Position numbers and translations under genes: made by a program
NCBI GenBank assembly: GCA_041653675.1
Contig: JBAZEY010000004.1
Coordinates: forward strand, 1,105-65,104
DNA: 64,000 nucleotides
Source of the DNA: Patescibacteria group bacterium
Lineage (GTDB): Bacteria > Patescibacteriota > Patescibacteriia > XYB2-FULL-38-15
Reading direction: 5' to 3'
Notes under the pieces: generated by a model
The model's input: the letters and a program-made list of their open reading frames with translations, nothing else
Told to the model about the DNA's origin: nothing
The model's database searches: none
Shown here: one piece after another, positions 1 to 10,084 of the stretch
Numbering within the stretch: position 1 is the first letter of the stretch
Layout: each line of letters begins with the position of its first letter

Positions 1-3000
1 GATGCAAGCGGCGTCGGCGGAATGGGCAAAGTCAGAGTTATTACAGGCCGCACGACCAAGATGATTTTTGTAACGGGCGTCTCTGCTGCCGCTTCTCACA
101 CCACCCGGTCCTATACCCCAATCAACTTGGACGCTTGTGATTGGGCCCGCGTTCTTATCGGCAGTGCCGAAGAATTGCATAGTCGCAACATACTGTCCGC
201 CGTAGCCGACGACGTTTATGGGTTCGGTGACGCCCGTTCCCGTAAAGCCGAAACCAGAGATACCACCGACCGTGACTCCGTTGATCAACATAGACGCCAC
301 CTCCGTAAGCGGTACGCACTTGTCGCCGGTACAATTTGTAATAGGCCAAACCTGCGGCACTGAGGGCCAATCCGATGTCGGAATACTCGGATCAATTTTA
401 TCGGTAATATTAATTGCGTTTCTTTGATCCGCTGGGTAATCGCTATCTCCGGGCAACCGATATGCACCAAGCGATTGTATTCCCGCATTTGAATCCCAGA
501 CCATGAAGCCATACGATTTAGCAAAAATCTTTTTCAAACGCTCCTTGGCTTTTGTTAGTGCTCCAGCATCTTCAATCGTAACTCTTGGCGGCGGAGCGTG
601 AAGGTCTGCGGCTATACATTCTCCGGGCATTAGGGCACCGCTACAAGTATATGCCCAACAACCATTGTCACTCTGGCATTTTAAACCTAATCTAGCTCCC
701 CCATTACAATCGCCGAGCACTATGCCGGGCGCGGGACTCTTAGAAGTCCTGCAATTATTTACCCAATCAGAGCTTAGGCCAGTAACGGGCACCGCGGTGC
801 TGGCACAGTAGCCGCCCGTGGAGCCACTGATAGCAGTACAAGTCTCTCTACTCGGGCAGGGATTGGCCGTATTGCAAAATTGATAACACTGATAACTTAC
901 GCAATTAATGTTTGTGGGGGGCGACGTCGTCGTATCGACATTGCATTCTTGCGCCGTGAAACAAGACGCAGCCGCGGGTGGGGCGGCTCCTTCCGGCTCC
1001 CCTATCCAAAGATACGGCCGAGATTCATTGCGGATTGTTCTATCCGTTTCTCTTTTTATTTCATAGCCCGAAAGACAAGTGTCCTCAGTCAATGGGTCAG
1101 TCGGGAGATTTATTGCTTTCTGGTCCGTCTTTAAACAAGTGGGAACGCGAAGATTAGTGTCAACTGGTGGGTTAGCTAGGCCAAAGGGCGTTTTCGGCGT
1201 ATTGTACGAATAATTAATTGACGGATAGAGCGCATTGGAGAAAACATAAGGAACGGAAGAAGTACGAGATGGACTGGAAAATTCCCAGACACGATCGGTC
1301 CAGGCCTTGTTTGAATCTAAACTGCTTAGATCTCTCGAAACTTGCGCCGCAACTTTGCAACCAATAAACGAATTTGCGCCGATACTCCGAGAAGGAGACG
1401 CATCCTTTTGGCAGTCGTTAAAATCATTTATACTTCTTCCCCCCGGGTGATCGCTAAGGTCATTCAAAATATAATAATCAATTTTCCCATCAGGGGCCCC
1501 CACAGGAAGTACGTCTTGGCGATTATTGATAAGACTACCAAGCGCCTCAAGATTGCAGGCCTGCCCTACGTTGGGGTTAGAAGGATCAGCATGTTTGGAA
1601 TTTTTTGGCACGCAACGAAAAGGAGCACGATTGTACATGTAACTAGTACACATACCGCCAGATTCGCATGGCGCCAAAACTACCCAATCTGTGTTTGTAT
1701 CGCAGCATTTACCTTCGTCATTGCAGAAATATCTACCATCGAACCCGCAGTCAAAAGCATTACGTGTTTCTTCCCCGGGATCTCCGTCGCATAAATCATC
1801 TGTCCCACACCCCAGCGGCCCCGCTGTGAACGCAAGATGAACTACCGACGGCCCCAGAGAAGCGCAATAATAACCATCGCTGGTTCGCAAAACCGTGTAG
1901 GATTCCGGGGCTAAACAAAAGTTGGCATTGACTATGGAAAAACCTGCTTCGGGGTAGTTATTATAAACATCCGGCGCGCCGGGGATTTGATCGATCGGAT
2001 ACCAGGTAAGACAAGCAAATTTGCTCGGATCACCATTGATGGAGGTAGCTGTGTCGCGTTCAAGACAATACCCTTGCCAGCCGATAACATCATCTTCTCG
2101 CTGATACCTAACGCAATCCGCGCCCGTGCCAAGACAATCCGTGGGAGCGTTGCATATTTGTCCGGGAGTGGAACCACCGACGCAAACATCCGGAATAGGA
2201 AGTGCCGAACTTGAACCCACCTCCGTTGAAAAATATTTAACAACCGACCCACCGCTGTAGGAAATTTTTCTATAAGAACATTCACAGGCGTCAGGATTTG
2301 TACCCGTGCAAGTTCCTCCCGCGCAGCTTCCTGCTGTTCCGTCACAATCACTATCTCCTGCACAACTATTGCCAATTTCTGTTCCTCTGACACAAACTTT
2401 GGCGCTGCAATCTTCGTTTCTCGTACACGCTCTCCCGTCCATTCCTCCGCCTTCACAAATTTTTTCTGTTTCGCAAACATTGGCTCCGGCAAAACCCGAC
2501 TTTTTGCTGGTGACGGTCCAACCGCCGGCAGAATTTCTGGTGGCTATAGTTACAGTATCCGGGAAGGGCGACGATTGCTCAGGATAAGCCCGACAAGAAG
2601 CGGTTTCTGTGTTGGTTGGGTCAAGAGATAAAATCGCGCCCGGAACAAAGGGATCGCCGCGGAAATTTGTCACGCAGAGGTGGTTGTAACACTTACCGCG
2701 ATCGCCGCAACGAGAACCGTTTATGTTACTGTCACAATAACCGAGAGAATCCGCACCACAAGAAATTTTTGTCGTTCCATCGGCGTTGAAACAACGATCT
2801 TCCACAAAAACTAAAGCGAGTTTAGAATTTTCCGGGGTGCCGATATTTATTCCGCGCAGATCGGGCGCTTGATATTGGTTATAGATGGAGTCGCCGGAAT
2901 AATCCATTCCTTTGAAAGTAGTATCGCGAGAAACATATAACTTTTTGCTCAAAATCTGGCGCGACGTTTCCGACGTAAAATTGGAGTCAGTACACTGCGC

Positions 3001-6000
3001 AGTGGCTTGGCCGACTTTGGCGTATTTATGACAAGACGAAACCGTATCGCAAAGAGTCTTTTGTCGTCCGGTTTGCGAATCAAAAGTTGAAGTCGTACCC
3101 GAACAAGTCAGCCACTCGCCGCAGACACGATCGCGACGGACCTGGACAAGACGGTTGGAATCATTGCTATTATTGGCAACAGTAATGGGCGTTCCGTCCT
3201 TTTCCAACAAAATCACATAAGGCGAATTATAACTATAGTTTGCGACATCCTGACAACCGAGAGTGGACGACTCGCCGGGGAATCGCTGCGCGCAATCGCT
3301 GTCCGCGCCGCAGAAATCGCCCCAATAATATTCATGGTTCGGTGGGCGAAGAATTTTTTCCAAGCACCTCTTACAATTTTCCCCGCCTTGGCTACAATCA
3401 ATCGGCGCGACAAGCCCGCCGGGATCACCCACCTTTTTTTCAGAACTTAAATAAGTCGCGTTGGCATTTTTGTTTAATTGCGGATTGCTTGTGTCGTTGA
3501 ACAAAACACAACCGCTTTTTTGCGAAGCCATTCCATTACAATTTCCCGAACTAATTTTGTCGTTGTTAACATAATAATAAGCCGCGCCGTACGGATCGTC
3601 GGAAGTGTCGCCCGGATCGGTAAATTTAGTGCATTGATCAGCCTGCGGAATACATTCACCCGCCCAACCGGAATACGGGCAAGAACGTTTGTTATAAGAG
3701 ACAGTGCAAGTTGTTCCAGCCTTACCCGTAGCTGTCACACCCGCCGTGCCACCGCCAACCGGAACCGGACCGCAACGACAAACACCATCGCCGTCTCCTT
3801 CCGGATCAATGCCGTCTCCCGGTTTATCTTGACAAACATAGGGCAGACTGCAATTGGCATCACCATTTTTCCAAATATTATAATATCCGCCGTTGAAGTT
3901 TGCCGGATCGCAAGGAGTAAGCGGGTCGGATGCTTTTTCTTGTTTTTTAAACCATCCGGAAACATTTTGCCCGCCAAGATTTACATTATCTTTCCATTCA
4001 CAAAGTCTATTTCCCGGATCTTTAAAATATAATTTTCCGCCGTCGGTCGTGGTATACTCTTCGCAACTCAAGAATCCAACTTGGCAGAGAATTCTGCCGG
4101 TCGGAGAATTATATAACGCCGGATCGGCCAGGAGATTTACCGTATTGTAAACCGGCTTGCCGCTATCGTCGATTTTCACATTGCCCGCGGCATCCAAGGT
4201 CGGCGAACCGAATTCAGCGCAACCTTTGTTTTGCGCGGCGCATTTATACGCATCGTTCACCACGATATAGGCAAAAGAGTCGGTTGGAATAGTAACGTTG
4301 TCAGACAATCTTTCCTCGTCCGAGAGAGACGGATCACTATCGTTTTCCGTATTAAACGTCTCCATGCTCGCCGCTATGTTGTTGTTGGTCTTTAATAATT
4401 TAGCGCAACCGGCCGCGTCGGGCGAACAAAGCCGCGAGAATGATTTTAGATAATGAAGTCCGTTCGCGCGATCATAGTAACTCGCGCAACCGAGTTGGGC
4501 TTGCGGCAAAAGCGCGGAAAGAACACATTCGTTTCGTTCACTCCACGATCCCCCGCTCGCGACACAAAAATCCAAACTGGTAATTGATGTGTTAACCGCG
4601 AAAGACCGGTCGCAGGAAGTTGGCGTCACCCAAGAATTTTTAACCACATAAATGTACGACTGAATTTCTCTCAAAATAATATTATCGAGATAAACCGGCG
4701 TCGTTCCGCCCGCCGCGGCAATTCGTAAAGTTTCGCCTCCGCCGACAACATCCCAATCAACATAAACCGGACCAAGTGAAAAATATCGCCAGTCAAAAGA
4801 AAGATTAGTTACGTTTCTTGTCGCTGAACTAAATCCCTTATCAGCGGAAGTGGCGCCCAAAAATTTAATATCCAATCTGCTATTTCCCTTGGCCCAAAAA
4901 GACAAGGTGTAAAAGCCATTTTTCCGGACCGAGGAAGCAAGATTTTTATCTATCGTCCCCGTGGCGCCGAAAGACAAAGATTTTCCGCCGACAACCAATG
5001 ATTCGGAACTTATAGTCGGTATGTCTGCTTCATCCCAACCGGTTGCCGCGCCATCGGCGGCGTCATCAAAAGTATCATTCAAAATTACCGCCGTGTTTGC
5101 TCCGGCATTTCCGCGATAAGCCCGGCATCCGACCGCTTCGTTTCCACATGATCGTGATTCGGGCAAATAAACATTATAAGCACATTCACTCTTTACCGTG
5201 TCCCATCTCCCCCCCGATGAGCCGCAATCACTGGCGCTGGAAATTGTTTTGCGGTATGGGTGGCAATCGTCAGTCGCGACGATTGTTTTGGAATATAGAC
5301 GATAATGTTTTAAACCGGCCGCGTCATAAAATTCTCGGCAGTCAGGATTAGTTAAAGTATCAGCTTTAGTACAAAGGCCAACCAAAGAAAGTCCATCGCA
5401 AGTTAAGCCGTCGGGCATAAGAGCCGTACATGGAGGAACACCGCCGTCCGGAGAAACGCCGTTACCCGGATCGCTGTCCGAAACCGGAGCGCTAACTACG
5501 TTACTCATTTTCAAATTCCAAGTTTTTAACTGATATCCAGTCGTATCAGATCCCTCCCAAGTATAGAAAGACTTCGAAGTCGCGCCTGGTTTTTCGCAAC
5601 GGCGGACATAATTGAAATTTGCCACGGCTTCATTTTCCAAACTCGTGAATTGATCGCAGCCAACATCCGCGGCGCTGCAAGTTCGCCCGGTCGCAGGAAT
5701 AAAATATACCGGAAATTTATCTTGTTCAAAATCAGTTTCAACTTGTTTAAAAGTCTGATAGCCAACGCACTCGGCCGGACAATAATCATCAGGATAATTA
5801 GCTACGCCTGGCACTGACGGATCACCATTTGTCGGTCGGTATTCATCGCAGCCCACGTCTTTTTCTTCGCAAGCCCTGGCAAAATTTCCGCATTGCTCGG
5901 CATCGTTTGTTTTATTCAATGCGCCGGAGGCGGTGTAGTCATAGCAAGAATAGTAATCCGGCGCGGTTTTTAGATAAAGCGCTTCGCCCGTTCTTCCCCA

Positions 6001-8409
6001 ACCTTCGTGATATTGCGAGGAAAAAGTTCCTTCTTCAAGCTGCACTGCGTCAATCAGACATTCGGGAGAGGCATTTCTTATTAAAACTTCGATTGTCGTG
6101 CTCGCGTCGCCCGACGGGAAGGTATGGATCGGGCCGTTAATTCTTCTGTACGATGTTGAATTCTCAAAATTCCCGCCAAGAACCGAAACTCCACCAAAAG
6201 TAAAATAATCCGTTGCCGCTTCTTCTCCGCAATTTTTTGCGTATAAACTTAAAGTAAAAGTCCGGTCGCCCCGCGGCGAATCAAGATTTACCACTTGCCT
6301 TACAGTCCCCGCCAAATTCAACGCCTTTTGTCCAAAATAAGTGTCCGAAGAGGAGGAAGCGGTACCACTCGTGGTTGACCATCCGGAAATAACGGGGGGT
6401 GTCCCGGAAACATTTTCAAAACTGCTGTTATTAACTAAATTTAATTTTGTATCTGAGGTTGTTCGTAAAAACTCATTACAGCCAGGCTCATCGCACTGAG
6501 TAATATTTTTATTAAAGAAAATTCTGTCGCTGCGGCGGGCGGCGGTTCCCGAACCCGTGAGAGTATCCTGCCACTGCCAGATATCCCCCACTTTTAATTG
6601 CCGATCCGAATACCAACGGCAACCGATATCGTCGGCGTTGCAAGGCGGACCATAATCAACAGTGTTCGTAACGTAAGCTACGTTTTGTCCATCGCTTTTT
6701 CTTAAAAGTTTACAAGTATCATATTGCGCGTCGCACTTATCACCGTCCAGCCGCCAAATATTTTTTTCTCTTGTGCAATAACCCCAGCCGCCTTCGCAAT
6801 TTCCCTGATCATCTTCGGCAATACAAGTCGGTGAATCAACGCAGGTTTCCTGGCGGAAACTATTTTCCGTGGTTTGAAGTAATGGACCATAAACCCGCGC
6901 CCGGCATTGTTCGGCCGGCGCTTTCAAAATCCAGTCTGGATCGATTAAATGACAATATTTGTGTTCCGCATCAGCCTCACCCGCGGCATTACAATCGTGA
7001 AAACGATCAACTACTTCTTTTAAACTCACTGGCTCGAGAGATGTCTGACTTTGCGCGGCGATTTCCCAACCAATGGAAATGATTCTCGCTTTTCTAAGTT
7101 TTACCAAATTACTGTAACAATAGCCGTAAGTATAACAATTTGGATCCTGATTTTTTGCCAAATTGGAAGGAGGAAAAAGCGGCCATTTGCCGTTCAAGTA
7201 CTCTTGTTCAATCGCCTCACCCACGGTAAGCGCCGCGCCGGTTTGCGCTTGCCGCACCCCGGCTTCAAATTTTCCATCCATCACGCAATTATTTGTTCCT
7301 TTAAATTTTTCGGGACAAACTATAAAATCCGACAAAATATCATAAGCGCCGCCTTCTTTAATTTGCGGCACGAGTAAATCGGCAAAAGCAAGTTCCGCCG
7401 CGCGACGTCCGCCCCAAGCTGTTCCCTCTGCCGAAGTCGCGTCGTCCCCTTCCGGGAAAAGATCTGCTAGGGAATACATGCCCTTGCTAAAAATATTCTC
7501 CATTGTTTTTGAAAGCAGCGTGCTAACAAAAGTAGAAACCATCATTGAGAGTATTCCTTGCGCTCCGGCAGAAAGCGCTTGACCGGACAAACTCCATTTT
7601 AAATTTTCCGCTTGAACCGGACCTTCTGTTTGTATTTGCGAAGTCTGACGAATAACCTCCGACGGAGTTTTAACTTTTCCACTGATTAATTCTGACGAAG
7701 GGAAAAATCCCTGCCCCTCTTCTCGGGTTAAGGCCGCTGTTTCCGAAGCGCTCTTTTCCACGCCAAATGCCCCAACGTATGCGCTCATGGCCAAATCAAG
7801 ATCTGTGCCCGCGCCATAGCCAATTTGGAATTGCGAAGCCGCTTCTCTTAAAAAATCTTCTGTCTGCACTTCAGCAATAAATGATTCCCAGTTTGAACGA
7901 ATTGATGACCATTCGCAAGTCGGCGGCGGCAATCCATCGGCATAAGTTTGAGCTAGTTGCAGCTGGAGAGCGAGCCCCAATCTCGGGTTTGGCGGGGCGC
8001 AAAAATTAACGCCAACCATATCGCCAAAACTTCCGATAAATTCACCTGCCGCGTCCAGAGCGGCGCTCTCTAAATAATCCCCCCACCCTTCCGTGGAGAA
8101 AAGCGGCATTTGTCCGTTTCCGCCAGAAGCCAAACTCACAGCTAAATCATAAGAAATTTTTTGCATGAAACGCGAAGCAGCATTAATCAAAGCCATCGTT
8201 CCGGCATTAACTACCAAAACTTTCAAAAAATCTTTTATATTTTTAATCGTTGTCTGAGTACTGGTTATTGGATCGGAAACAACCAGCTGCGCTTCGGCCG
8301 GATGGGCATAAAAAAAGACGCCGCTTAAAACCTGCGTCAAAATAAAAAATACTAAAACTGTGCTGACAGTCCATCTTCTCACTTTATGATTTTTTTGGAT
8401 AAGAGACAT
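1..8409 (-). CDS. Giant secreted Cys-rich surface protein, partial (N-terminal >=2803 aa in window; C-terminus beyond window start)
   Basis: ATG at 8407-8409 (minus strand). Hand translation gives MSLIQKNHKVRRWTVSTVLVFFILTQVLSGVFFYAHPAEAQLVV (signal peptide) and stays open for the ~970 nt checked, and again at nt 1-180. No minus-strand ORF in this frame appears in the track across 8.4 kb, as expected for one open frame with no in-window stop. Cys-rich modules read as CxxGxC/DCDG around 2300-2480. Confidence 0.6.
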   Translation of the reverse strand, partial: MSLIQKNHKVRRWTVSTVLVFFILTQVLSGVFFYAHPAEAQLVVSDPITSTQTTIKNIKDFLKVLVVNAGTMALINAASRFMQKISYDLAVSLASGGNGQMPLFSTEGWGDYLESAALDAAGEFIGSFGDMVGVNFCAPPNPRLGLALQLQLAQTYADGLPPPTCEWSSIRSNWESFIAEVQTEDFLREAASQFQIGYGAGTDLDLAMSAYVGAFGVEKSASETAALTREEGQGFFPSSELISGKVKTPSEVIRQTSQIQTEGPVQAENLKWSLSGQALSAGAQGILSMMVSTFVSTLLSKTMENIFSKGMYSLADLFPEGDDATSAEGTAWGGRRAAELAFADLLVPQIKEGGAYDILSDFIVCPEKFKGTNNCVMDGKFEAGVRQAQTGAALTVGEAIEQEYLNGKWPLFPPSNLAKNQDPNCYTYGYCYSNLVKLRKARIISIGWEIAAQSQTSLEPVSLKEVVDRFHDCNAAGEADAEHKYCHLIDPDWILKAPAEQCRARVYGPLLQTTENSFRQETCVDSPTCIAEDDQGNCEGGWGYCTREKNIWRLDGDKCDAQYDTCKLLRKSDGQNVAYVTNTVDYGPPCNADDIGCRWYSDRQLKVGDIWQWQDTLTGSGTAARRSDRIFFNKNITQCDEPGCNEFLRTTSDTKLNLVNNSSFENVSGTPPVISGWSTTSGTASSSSDTYFGQKALNLAGTVRQVVNLDSPRGDRTFTLSLYAKNCGEEAATDYFTFGGVSVLGGNFENSTSYRRINGPIHTFPSGDASTTIEVLIRNASPECLIDAVQLEEGTFSSQYHEGWGRTGEALYLKTAPDYYSCYDYTASGALNKTNDAEQCGNFARACEEKDVGCDEYRPTNGDPSVPGVANYPDDYCPAECVGYQTFKQVETDFEQDKFPVYFIPATGRTCSAADVGCDQFTSLENEAVANFNYVRRCEKPGATSKSFYTWEGSDTTGYQLKTWNLKMSNVVSAPVSDSDPGNGVSPDGGVPPCTALMPDGLTCDGLSLVGLCTKADTLTNPDCREFYDAAGLKHYRLYSKTIVATDDCHPYRKTISSASDCGSSGGRWDTVKSECAYNVYLPESRSCGNEAVGCRAYRGNAGANTAVILNDTFDDAADGAATGWDEADIPTISSESLVVGGKSLSFGATGTIDKNLASSVRKNGFYTLSFWAKGNSRLDIKFLGATSADKGFSSATRNVTNLSFDWRYFSLGPVYVDWDVVGGGETLRIAAAGGTTPVYLDNIILREIQSYIYVVKNSWVTPTSCDRSFAVNTSITSLDFCVASGGSWSERNECVLSALLPQAQLGCASYYDRANGLHYLKSFSRLCSPDAAGCAKLLKTNNNIAASMETFNTENDSDPSLSDEERLSDNVTIPTDSFAYIVVNDAYKCAAQNKGCAEFGSPTLDAAGNVKIDDSGKPVYNTVNLLADPALYNSPTGRILCQVGFLSCEEYTTTDGGKLYFKDPGNRLCEWKDNVNLGGQNVSGWFKKQEKASDPLTPCDPANFNGGYYNIWKNGDANCSLPYVCQDKPGDGIDPEGDGDGVCRCGPVPVGGGTAGVTATGKAGTTCTVSYNKRSCPYSGWAGECIPQADQCTKFTDPGDTSDDPYGAAYYYVNNDKISSGNCNGMASQKSGCVLFNDTSNPQLNKNANATYLSSEKKVGDPGGLVAPIDCSQGGENCKRCLEKILRPPNHEYYWGDFCGADSDCAQRFPGESSTLGCQDVANYSYNSPYVILLEKDGTPITVANNSNDSNRLVQVRRDRVCGEWLTCSGTTSTFDSQTGRQKTLCDTVSSCHKYAKVGQATAQCTDSNFTSETSRQILSKKLYVSRDTTFKGMDYSGDSIYNQYQAPDLRGINIGTPENSKLALVFVEDRCFNADGTTKISCGADSLGYCDSNINGSRCGDRGKCYNHLCVTNFRGDPFVPGAILSLDPTNTETASCRAYPEQSSPFPDTVTIATRNSAGGWTVTSKKSGFAGANVCETEKICEGGGMDGRACTRNEDCSAKVCVRGTEIGNSCAGDSDCDGTAGSCAGGTCTGTNPDACECSYRKISYSGGSVVKYFSTEVGSSSALPIPDVCVGGSTPGQICNAPTDCLGTGADCVRYQREDDVIGWQGYCLERDTATSINGDPSKFACLTWYPIDQIPGAPDVYNNYPEAGFSIVNANFCLAPESYTVLRTSDGYYCASLGPSVVHLAFTAGPLGCGTDDLCDGDPGEETRNAFDCGFDGRYFCNDEGKCCDTNTDWVVLAPCESGGMCTSYMYNRAPFRCVPKNSKHADPSNPNVGQACNLEALGSLINNRQDVLPVGAPDGKIDYYILNDLSDHPGGRSINDFNDCQKDASPSRSIGANSFIGCKVAAQVSRDLSSLDSNKAWTDRVWEFSSPSRTSSVPYVFSNALYPSINYSYNTPKTPFGLANPPVDTNLRVPTCLKTDQKAINLPTDPLTEDTCLSGYEIKRETDRTIRNESRPYLWIGEPEGAAPPAAASCFTAQECNVDTTTSPPTNINCVSYQCYQFCNTANPCPSRETCTAISGSTGGYCASTAVPVTGLSSDWVNNCRTSKSPAPGIVLGDCNGGARLGLKCQSDNGCWAYTCSGALMPGECIAADLHAPPPRVTIEDAGALTKAKERLKKIFAKSYGFMVWDSNAGIQSLGAYRLPGDSDYPADQRNAINITDKIDPSIPTSDWPSVPQVWPITNCTGDKCVPLTEVASMLINGVTVGGISGFGFTGTGVTEPINVVGYGGQYVATMQFFGTADKNAGPITSVQVDWGIGPGGVRSGSRDARYKNHLGRAACNNSDFAHSADAACI

Positions 8410-8420
8410 TTCTTTGAAAA

Positions 8421-9182
8421 TTATTTTTTCACCGTCTCTTCAAAAATTTTCATCAACGTCGCGTCGTCAACGCTATTTAACGTTGATTCGCTAACTCCGG
8501 CTTGGCGTAAAATTTCTCTGAGTTGCGCCGGCGTCATTTCGTTCGCATTAACATTGGTCGGCAAGGAAGAATTTATATTGGCATTAACATTACCGCCTCC
8601 CGCCACCCCGCCGGATTCTTTTAAAGTTTCATTGTAAAGTTCCAGAAGAGTTTCGTCGTCAAGGTTTGCGAGCGTCGCTTCGTCAACTCCGGCGGTTCGA
8701 AGAGCATCCCGGACTTCTTCTGCTGTCGCCGTACCCGTCAAAAATCCCCCAAGCTCTTCTTCTACCGAAACCTCTTCCGGAATTGTCTTGGCTTTTGCCG
8801 CGCCCTCTTCTATTTTTAAACAGGTTTTCCCTGCCGTACAATTTGGATCGTTCCCTGAAGTTACTTCTTCTTTATCGGAAAAACCATCTGAGTCAGAGTC
8901 GGCTAAGTACGCACTTGTACCATAAAGATATGTCTCGTCGTAATCAGTAAACCCATCACCGTCAGTATCGGTTTCCTGCATCGTGGCTAATCTTTCCGCC
9001 TCTTCTTCAAACTGTGTTTTCCACAACCCCTTGTCTTGGCCATATTTTGCAAAAGGAGCGCGCAAATATTTTGGATATTGCCAAATCGTTCCCAAAACTA
9101 TAACCACGCTTAAAATAACCAAAATCGTCACTCCGACTCTGATTCGGCGCTCTTTTCCCGGTTCTTTTTTGATTTCTTCCAT
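8421..9182 (-). CDS. Single-pass membrane protein with thrombospondin type-3-like DxDxDG Ca-binding motifs and a tandem ~36-aa C-terminal repeat
   Basis: N-terminal TM segment VGVTILVILSVVIVLGTIW. Motifs TDTDGDGFTDYDE and DSDSDGFSDKEE. Two repeats of the form AEEVRDALRTAGVDEATLANLDDETLLELYNETLKE. Stop lies 11 nt upstream of the giant ORF start. Confidence 0.7.
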   Translation of the reverse strand: MEEIKKEPGKERRIRVGVTILVILSVVIVLGTIWQYPKYLRAPFAKYGQDKGLWKTQFEEEAERLATMQETDTDGDGFTDYDETYLYGTSAYLADSDSDGFSDKEEVTSGNDPNCTAGKTCLKIEEGAAKAKTIPEEVSVEEELGGFLTGTATAEEVRDALRTAGVDEATLANLDDETLLELYNETLKESGGVAGGGNVNANINSSLPTNVNANEMTPAQLREILRQAGVSESTLNSVDDATLMKIFEETVKK

Positions 9183-9236
9183 ACTTTAATATAGTATAGC
9201 ACATCCAGTCCCATATTTAAATAAATTTTATACACA

Positions 9237-10082
9237 TTATTCATTCAGCCCATTAGCTAGCTTTATCCAGTCGCCTAAAGTCAAGTCCTGAGCTCTAATT
9301 TTCGGATCAAAACCAAATTTTACTAAAATATCCTGTACTTCTTTATTTTTCAGGCGCAGCCCGCCGGATAAATTATTTTGCAGCTGTTTGCGCCTGGCGG
9401 AAAATCCCATTTTGGCTAAGCGAAAAAACTTTTCCGGATCAATTTCTTTTTTATTTTTTTCGTAAATATTTTTAATATCAGAAATCTTTAAAATAGCCGA
9501 ATCCACTTCTGGTTCGGGCCAAAAAGCGCGGCGCGGAACAATGGCTACAATTTCCGGCTCGCCATAAAATTGGACCGAAAGCGAGAGCAAACTCATTTCG
9601 CCGGACTCCGCACAAATTCTCTCTGCTACTTCCTTTTGCACCATTACAGTTATCTCGCTCGGCCGCGGTTCTTCACTCAAAAATTTTCTAAACACCGCCG
9701 AAGTAATTTGATATGGCAGATTAGCGACAAGTTTATAATTATAATTTGATAATCGGTAGTCGGTAATTGGTAATTTTAAAATACTGCCCTCCGCGATTTC
9801 CACGTTTTTAAAATCAGACAAAATTTCTCGCGCCGCCTCCCCCACCGCCCTATCCGCCTCCACTGCCACCACTCGCCCAACCCGCCCGGCAAGCTCCGTT
9901 GTGAGCGTGCCAAACCCCGGACCAATTTCTAAAACTATATCATTCTTTTCTAAGTCAGCTGCCTGAACCATTGTTTCCAAAACCTCGCGGTCTACTAAAA
10001 AATTTTGTCCAAATTCCTTAGATGGACGAATTCCGTATTTTTTACAAAAATTTTTTATAACATTTAAATCAGTTAAATCCAC
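9237..10082 (-). CDS. rsmA: 16S rRNA (adenine1518/1519-N6)-dimethyltransferase RsmA/KsgA
   Basis: FGQNFL motif, SAM-binding GPGFGTLT, length 281 aa. Confidence 0.93.
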   Translation of the reverse strand: MDLTDLNVIKNFCKKYGIRPSKEFGQNFLVDREVLETMVQAADLEKNDIVLEIGPGFGTLTTELAGRVGRVVAVEADRAVGEAAREILSDFKNVEIAEGSILKLPITDYRLSNYNYKLVANLPYQITSAVFRKFLSEEPRPSEITVMVQKEVAERICAESGEMSLLSLSVQFYGEPEIVAIVPRRAFWPEPEVDSAILKISDIKNIYEKNKKEIDPEKFFRLAKMGFSARRKQLQNNLSGGLRLKNKEVQDILVKFGFDPKIRAQDLTLGDWIKLANGLNE

Positions 10083-10084
10083 AG

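Noticed and set aside
1-8400. Many plus-strand ORFs of 60-190 aa (e.g. 1342..1794, 2306..2587, 3478..4032, 5043..5351)
   Set aside because: They lie antisense to the open giant minus-strand frame and have low-complexity or Arg-rich translations, so they are frame artefacts.
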